DNA of 11,606 bases, from assembly GCA_048885535.1 (NCBI GenBank), contig JBHLLO010000078.1, positions 1 to 11,606 on the forward strand. Direction: 5' to 3'. The notes below the pieces were generated by a model, which was given only the letters and a program-made list of their open reading frames with translations, had not been told where the DNA came from and ran no database searches. Both the position numbers and the translations under genes were made by a program. The stretch comes from Candidatus Hermodarchaeota archaeon. Lineage in GTDB: Archaea > Asgardarchaeota > Lokiarchaeia > Sigyniarchaeales > SOKP01. Numbering within the stretch: position 1 is the stretch's first letter; every line of letters begins with the position of its first letter. Positions 6,989 through 11,606 of the stretch are shown here, piece by piece.

Positions 6989-7004
6989 AAAAATCTTTTT
7001 ATAA
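6989..7004 (+). promoter_or_regulatory. BRE-TATA promoter, probably giving a leaderless transcript of the VOC gene
   Basis: AAAAATC followed by TTTTTATAA. TTTATAA starts 28 nt before the ATG at 7026 and no SD is evident. Confidence 0.5.
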
Positions 7005-7025
7005 TTTAGTTGCTATGATTGTTCT

Positions 7026-7394
7026 ATGAATGAATTTGAAAATCTAAAAATTAGGGGCGGAAGAAATATCGCTATTAAAGTACCTTTCCATCTATATAAC
7101 CAAACTATTGAATTTTATCGAGATATTTTAGGATTAAAGGTAATAGAAGAAACTAGAAATGGGTTTCAATTTAAATTTGGTGAAGTAAATCTTTATATTG
7201 ATAAAGTAGAGCATTTGAGTCAAGCTGAATTATGGCTGGAAATTCACGTAAATTCGGTGGAATTAGCATCAAAATATTTTGCTGCGAAAAAGATTACTAG
7301 ATATGATGAGATTGAGAAATTACCTGAGGGTTTTAAAGGATTTTGGATATTATCCCCTTCTAATATAGTGCATTTAATCTCCCAAAATAGTTAA
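7026..7394 (+). CDS. VOC / glyoxalase-bleomycin resistance family protein
   Basis: 122 aa. NIAIKVP...TIEFYRDILGL is the canonical VOC beta-alpha start; FKFGEVNLYID, LWLEI and FWILSPSNIVHLI complete the two-module fold. Confidence 0.85.
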   Translation: MNEFENLKIRGGRNIAIKVPFHLYNQTIEFYRDILGLKVIEETRNGFQFKFGEVNLYIDKVEHLSQAELWLEIHVNSVELASKYFAAKKITRYDEIEKLPEGFKGFWILSPSNIVHLISQNS

Positions 7395-7443
7395 TTTATA
7401 TATAGATTTAGTTATTAAAAGAAGAAAAAAATAGGGTTTAGTT

Positions 7444-10400
7444 TTAAATATTCTCTTTTTTCCTTATGCTGATGATTAGAATAGCAAGTGTGATCAATGC
7501 TGATATTATAATGAATTCTATCATCCAAGGAATAGATGGTGGTAATAAAGTTTCAGCATCGTAGGAATATGGTATATCTATTTGATTATTATCTTCTTTA
7601 AGCTCTATAATTTCATCTGATGGATCAACTAAGGCACTAATAACATAATCGGTTCCATCAATAAACCAAGAGAAGAAATCTTCAAGATCTAAAACAATCA
7701 CAGTTGTCTGATTTACATCCAAAGCAATCGGAGTTATAGTTCCATTGTATAGAGTAAGTGAGAGTGAATCAATCCATATGAATAGCGTGATATTAGATGC
7801 AATCTCAGTCCCATTATTAAGTATTGTAATTGTTAATATATCATTAATAAGAGTATATGTTTGAATAAGTAAATCGGGAAAAGTACCTGATGGGAGATAA
7901 TAGTATTGCAATATCAACGAATTATTGTTTTCATTAAGCTCTAAAATTGTATCGCGTGGATCAATCCTTATCGTGATATTATAGGTTTCTCCTACTGTAA
8001 ACAGATGTGAATAATCAGATAAGTTCACGTATATTCCAAATATAGAGCTGATGTTGATATCAACTGGAGATAGAGTATTATTAAATAATATAAGTGAAAG
8101 TAGTTCAATTTCGACGACTATTTCAACCGCGCTTGCATTTTCATTTCCTATATTAGTAATATTAATCCAAAGTTCTCCAGATGTTAAAATATAATTATCT
8201 ACTACTAAATCAGGCAAGAATAGATTTGGTCTATAATGAAATTCCAGATCAACCTGGTTATTTAATTCATTTTGCTCGACAATTTGATTTTGTGGATCGA
8301 TGTTGACGGTAATATTGTAAATTTCTCCCCATGTAAAATTCTCATGAAAAGATATAAGGTCAATTACAATCACTTCAGTCTCATTGGTTTGGAGATCGAA
8401 GGGAGTTAGGGAATTGTTATAAAGAATTATAGGGATCGATTCGATTCCAACTAGAATTTCTACTCCAGTAGTATTTTCATCTCCAGAATTTTTGATTGTA
8501 ATTGTTAAGGATGAATTTGTTATATCATAATCGAATAAGAGAAGCTCAGCTAAAAGTGGAGGATTTCCTACAAAGGGATATTCCATTAGTGGTCTATCAT
8601 CAATTCCATTAGGAGGAATGAAATAAGGTGTATCACCGATTTTATCATTGTTTGTATCATTTCCTATATAATCATCCCAATAATTTCCTATATCATTTTT
8701 AGTCCAATGTGTATCTGTGCCTGAATCCTGACCCTGAACATTATTTTGGATAAAAGCATTATGCGAAAATGTATTGTTTATAGCTGTGGATTGTGTTATG
8801 TAGACACCATTTCCACTACAAGATTGGATGATATTATTTTTAAATAGATTAAAACTTGAACTAGAGGCTAATTGAATGCCTGAACCAAAAGCACTGGTAA
8901 TATTATTTCCTTTGAAGATATTAGAATCACATCCCATTTGGAGTAAGAATCCAAATTGAACACTCCAAATCTCATTATTTAAGATACGATTTTGATCAGC
9001 ATCAGATAGTAGTTCAATGCCACGACTCGTTCCGCTAAAACGGTTTTTAGTACAAGTATTGTTGTCGCTCATACGGATATGAAGTCCTCCCAACCCATTG
9101 GAAAGACCTACATTATCATGAATAGTGTTGTTCCTACTATAAGATCCTATCCATATACCATAGTTGCCATTTGAATTTACAGTATTATGTGATACATTGT
9201 TGAAATTTGTGTTTTCAAGATCTATCCCTGCAATATTTTGACTGAAGGTATTGAATACCACTTGATTTTCTTGACCTCCATCTTGGTAATAGCCATTGGT
9301 GCATTCTGTAACTGTATTTAATAGGACATTCGAATAGCTTGTAAATAACAGTGAGATTCCTACCGTTACATTATAAAAAGTAAATGAGATAATATCACAA
9401 TTAGTGCAATTAACAAGTATAATCTGCCCTGCATTAACGAAATTCGCAGCGTTTAATCCATCTTGATTAAGATAATAATAGATAGGTTTCCCATTTGCCC
9501 TATTGTTAGCATATATAAAATTCGAAACTCTTTGAACTGTTGAGCCACTGACATATATACCACATCCAAACATCTTATTGTTTGAAATATTGTTTTCTGA
9601 TGAACCAGTAAGAATAATTCCTCCGTGAGATACATCAACAATCGTATTATTGATTATTTTGTTGTTATTACTGTAATAACTTATATCAATACCGTAGTAT
9701 CCATTGTCTATCAATTCATTATCAATAATACTATTATTCATAGAATCATCCAAACTAATACCCCTACTACCTCCATGAAGAAATTTATTATTTATTACTC
9801 GATTTTGAGTGCAATCAGATCTAATACGAATACCATAGGAGTTAAATTGCCCAAAATTGTCGTCAATCAAATTATTACTGCAAAAATCGTAGATATCAAC
9901 CCCATATAAACTTCCCGTGACGTTATTATCATATATAGTATTATTATTGCAATTATTCCTAAGATAAACACTTGCTATATCAACATCGATTAAATCATTA
10001 TTGGTTATAGTGTTATTATCGCATAAGTCTAATAGATATATTCCATCATCCATTCTTGAGCCTAGTTGATTTGCTGTGTTGTTAATAATAATATTGAAAT
10101 CGCAATCGTCTTGCAGAAAAATTCCTCGTGGAGTATAAATTGGACTGGCACTACTACTGGTACATCGACTCACATCATTCTCAACTAATGTAAAATTATC
10201 GCAATTATCGTACATATAAATCCCAAAATAATTGGAAGTAAAGTTACAATCTATGATCTTTCCATTAGTTGAATTAGTAATATACAGACCCTTCTCATCT
10301 TCGTCAATTGCACCATGAGCTTCCACATTAATGAGTTGAAAGTATATTTTGCGAGAATTCTGTATAGATAATCCATATTCAGCGCTTCCTATAGATAAAG

Positions 10401-10704
10401 TCAAATTCTCAATAATATATGGGCTATGAAATGTTCCTAATCCGCGACACCATGGCTGTTCTACTGCCCAGTTCCAATTTCCATAATGGCTCCCATTAGT
10501 GAGAGCCTGATTATCAATAGTTAATGAAGTATTCGTCCATGATGCTGAACTTTTCATTTTTAAAAATATTTCTTTTTGGTAATCGCGTGCTTGATTTTGA
10601 ATAACTGAATTAGAAAGTATTGGAAATAGAAGAGAGATTAATAGACAACATATGATAAAAAATGTTTTAACTTCTTGAAATCTTATATTTTTGAACTTAA
10701 GCAT
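7444..10704 (-). CDS. Cell-surface protein: right-handed parallel beta-helix (NosD-like) + 3 CARDB domains + C-terminal TM anchor
   Basis: Signal/TM at the N-terminus, then WNWAVEQPWCRGLGTFHSPYIIENLT and many GIxL-x-x-x-x-xNxIxxN coils. NosD cap GNYWDDYIGNDTNNDKIGDTPY, three CARDB repeats, and tail PPSIPWMIEFIIISALITLAILIISIRKKENI. Confidence 0.92.
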   Translation of the reverse strand: MLKFKNIRFQEVKTFFIICCLLISLLFPILSNSVIQNQARDYQKEIFLKMKSSASWTNTSLTIDNQALTNGSHYGNWNWAVEQPWCRGLGTFHSPYIIENLTLSIGSAEYGLSIQNSRKIYFQLINVEAHGAIDEDEKGLYITNSTNGKIIDCNFTSNYFGIYMYDNCDNFTLVENDVSRCTSSSASPIYTPRGIFLQDDCDFNIIINNTANQLGSRMDDGIYLLDLCDNNTITNNDLIDVDIASVYLRNNCNNNTIYDNNVTGSLYGVDIYDFCSNNLIDDNFGQFNSYGIRIRSDCTQNRVINNKFLHGGSRGISLDDSMNNSIIDNELIDNGYYGIDISYYSNNNKIINNTIVDVSHGGIILTGSSENNISNNKMFGCGIYVSGSTVQRVSNFIYANNRANGKPIYYYLNQDGLNAANFVNAGQIILVNCTNCDIISFTFYNVTVGISLLFTSYSNVLLNTVTECTNGYYQDGGQENQVVFNTFSQNIAGIDLENTNFNNVSHNTVNSNGNYGIWIGSYSRNNTIHDNVGLSNGLGGLHIRMSDNNTCTKNRFSGTSRGIELLSDADQNRILNNEIWSVQFGFLLQMGCDSNIFKGNNITSAFGSGIQLASSSSFNLFKNNIIQSCSGNGVYITQSTAINNTFSHNAFIQNNVQGQDSGTDTHWTKNDIGNYWDDYIGNDTNNDKIGDTPYFIPPNGIDDRPLMEYPFVGNPPLLAELLLFDYDITNSSLTITIKNSGDENTTGVEILVGIESIPIILYNNSLTPFDLQTNETEVIVIDLISFHENFTWGEIYNITVNIDPQNQIVEQNELNNQVDLEFHYRPNLFLPDLVVDNYILTSGELWINITNIGNENASAVEIVVEIELLSLILFNNTLSPVDINISSIFGIYVNLSDYSHLFTVGETYNITIRIDPRDTILELNENNNSLILQYYYLPSGTFPDLLIQTYTLINDILTITILNNGTEIASNITLFIWIDSLSLTLYNGTITPIALDVNQTTVIVLDLEDFFSWFIDGTDYVISALVDPSDEIIELKEDNNQIDIPYSYDAETLLPPSIPWMIEFIIISALITLAILIISIRKKENI
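7567..8555 (-). repeat. Three tandem CARDB (Ig-like) domain repeats within the surface protein
   Basis: Each has (P/A)(D/E)L...IxNxG...DPxxxIxExxExNN: about 8235-8555 (DPQNQIVEQNELNN), about 7898-8215 (DPRDTILELNENNN), about 7567-7878 (DPSDEIIELKEDNN). Boundaries approximate. Confidence 0.85.
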
Positions 10705-10995
10705 TTGATTATAACCAAAGTTATGCTATAAATTACTTTGATAAAAAAAATCCAGTTATTTATACGTATGTTAACTTTGAGAAGAAGATAATAAAATCAA
10801 ATAAAGCTACTTCGGTTTTTAATTTACTTGAAAGAATCTTTTAAAGAGTATTATTTAATATTATAGTTTTGCATTTTAGCTTAAAAATCAAAGTTTAAAT
10901 AAAAACCCGACATAATTAACTATTGCAAGAAAGTCTCATGATTGCGAAATTCATCATACTTAAGTAATCAATATTAATAGGAATTAAGTAAAAAT

Positions 10996-11001
10996 AGGAG
11001 G
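10996..11001 (+). promoter_or_regulatory. Shine-Dalgarno sequence for the ACT-domain gene
   Basis: AGGAGG 9 nt upstream of the TTG start at 11011. Confidence 0.75.
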
Positions 11002-11010
11002 AATAAAAGA

Positions 11011-11394
11011 TTGAAAGATTTAACAATTAGCTTAAAGAATGAACCGGGGATGTTAGCCAATATGGGTGAGGCATTAGGTAAAATGGGCATTAATATAGAA
11101 GGTTTATGTGGCTTTCCACTAAGGAATGAAGCAATTGTTCACATTCTGGTTGAAGATGAGACCACTGCTCGATGGGCTCTTGAACAAGCTGGTTTTGAAG
11201 TACGTGCTATTCGTGAAGTAATTGTTATTGATGTTGGTCATAGTGTGGGAAAACCAGGAACAGGAGGTAAGATGGCTAGAAGGATAGGTGATGCTGGGGT
11301 TAATATTGACCTAATTTATTTTGCTGAGAATAATAGAGTTGTTATTGGAGTTGATAATTTAGAAAAAGCTCGTACGGCTATAGGGATTAAATAG
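11011..11394 (+). CDS. Tandem ACT-domain (amino-acid-binding) protein
   Basis: 127 aa with two ACT repeats: LKNEPGMLANMGEALGKMGINIE and GKPGTGGKMARRIGDAGVNIDLIY. TTG start with a strong SD. Confidence 0.9.
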   Translation: MKDLTISLKNEPGMLANMGEALGKMGINIEGLCGFPLRNEAIVHILVEDETTARWALEQAGFEVRAIREVIVIDVGHSVGKPGTGGKMARRIGDAGVNIDLIYFAENNRVVIGVDNLEKARTAIGIK

Positions 11395-11429
11395 ACTTTT
11401 TAAAATATTTTAAGATATAACAATCAAGA

Positions 11430-11572
11430 ATGACTGTAGAAAATTTAACACAGAAGTTAAAAAGATGCTTTTAAGAGCCCAGAAGAATGAAATTACAGAA
11501 TATCATATCTACAAAAAACTTGCAACATCGTTTGCTCTTGGTGTGTTTATAAAAATAGTTTTCAATATTTAA
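11430..11572 (+). pseudogene. Remnant of a rubrerythrin-like/VIT1-CCC1 family iron transporter gene (frameshift plus large internal deletion)
   Basis: The ATG 11430 frame gives MTVENLT then stops at 11472. The shifted frame from about 11450 gives EVKKMLLRAQKNEITEYHIYKKLA (family N-terminal QxNEITEYxIYxxLA motif) running directly into TSFALGVFIKIVFNI* (like the last TM of the family). Confidence 0.7.
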
Positions 11573-11606
11573 AAAAGGAATCACTTTAAACTCCAATTTG
11601 TGAAAA

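Noticed and set aside
9453-9909. Two short ORFs (9453..9641 -, 9625..9909 +)
   Set aside because: Nested inside the beta-helix gene; by-products of its repetitive Asn/Ile codon pattern.
7444-10704. True nosD of a nitrous-oxide reductase cluster
   Set aside because: No nosZ/F/Y/L neighbours; the size and CARDB/anchor architecture indicate a generic surface protein.

Overview
AT-rich window that reads as an Asgard archaeon, most likely Lokiarchaeia. This is inferred from a NosD/CARDB surface protein with the 'PWC-G-GT-xx-PYIIEN' N-terminal motif, an IPGY-type C-terminal sorting signal, BRE/TATA-like promoters and oligo-T terminators. It is a patchwork of mostly monocistronic genes: a 4-TM membrane protein, a bacterial-type KDPG/KHG aldolase (eda), an ICMT/PEMT-family methyltransferase, a secreted HEXXH metalloprotease with an InhA-like domain, a 52-aa membrane microprotein missed by the ORF track and coupled to a divergent CruF/DUF422-like gene, two small hypotheticals, a VOC/glyoxalase, a 1086-aa beta-helix + 3xCARDB surface protein and an ACT-domain protein. 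The most striking item is a stand-alone 116-aa helical protein (6480..6830, -) whose C-terminus aligns without gaps to type III secretion needle subunits (PrgI/YscF), with no T3SS genes in the window. Two gene remnants lie in 'intergenic' DNA: a start-less IPGY-TM-basic anchor (6322..6462) and a frameshifted, internally deleted VIT1/CCC1-rubrerythrin gene (11430..11572). No rRNA, tRNA, CRISPR array or transposase was seen. All family calls come from motif recognition, not database searches.
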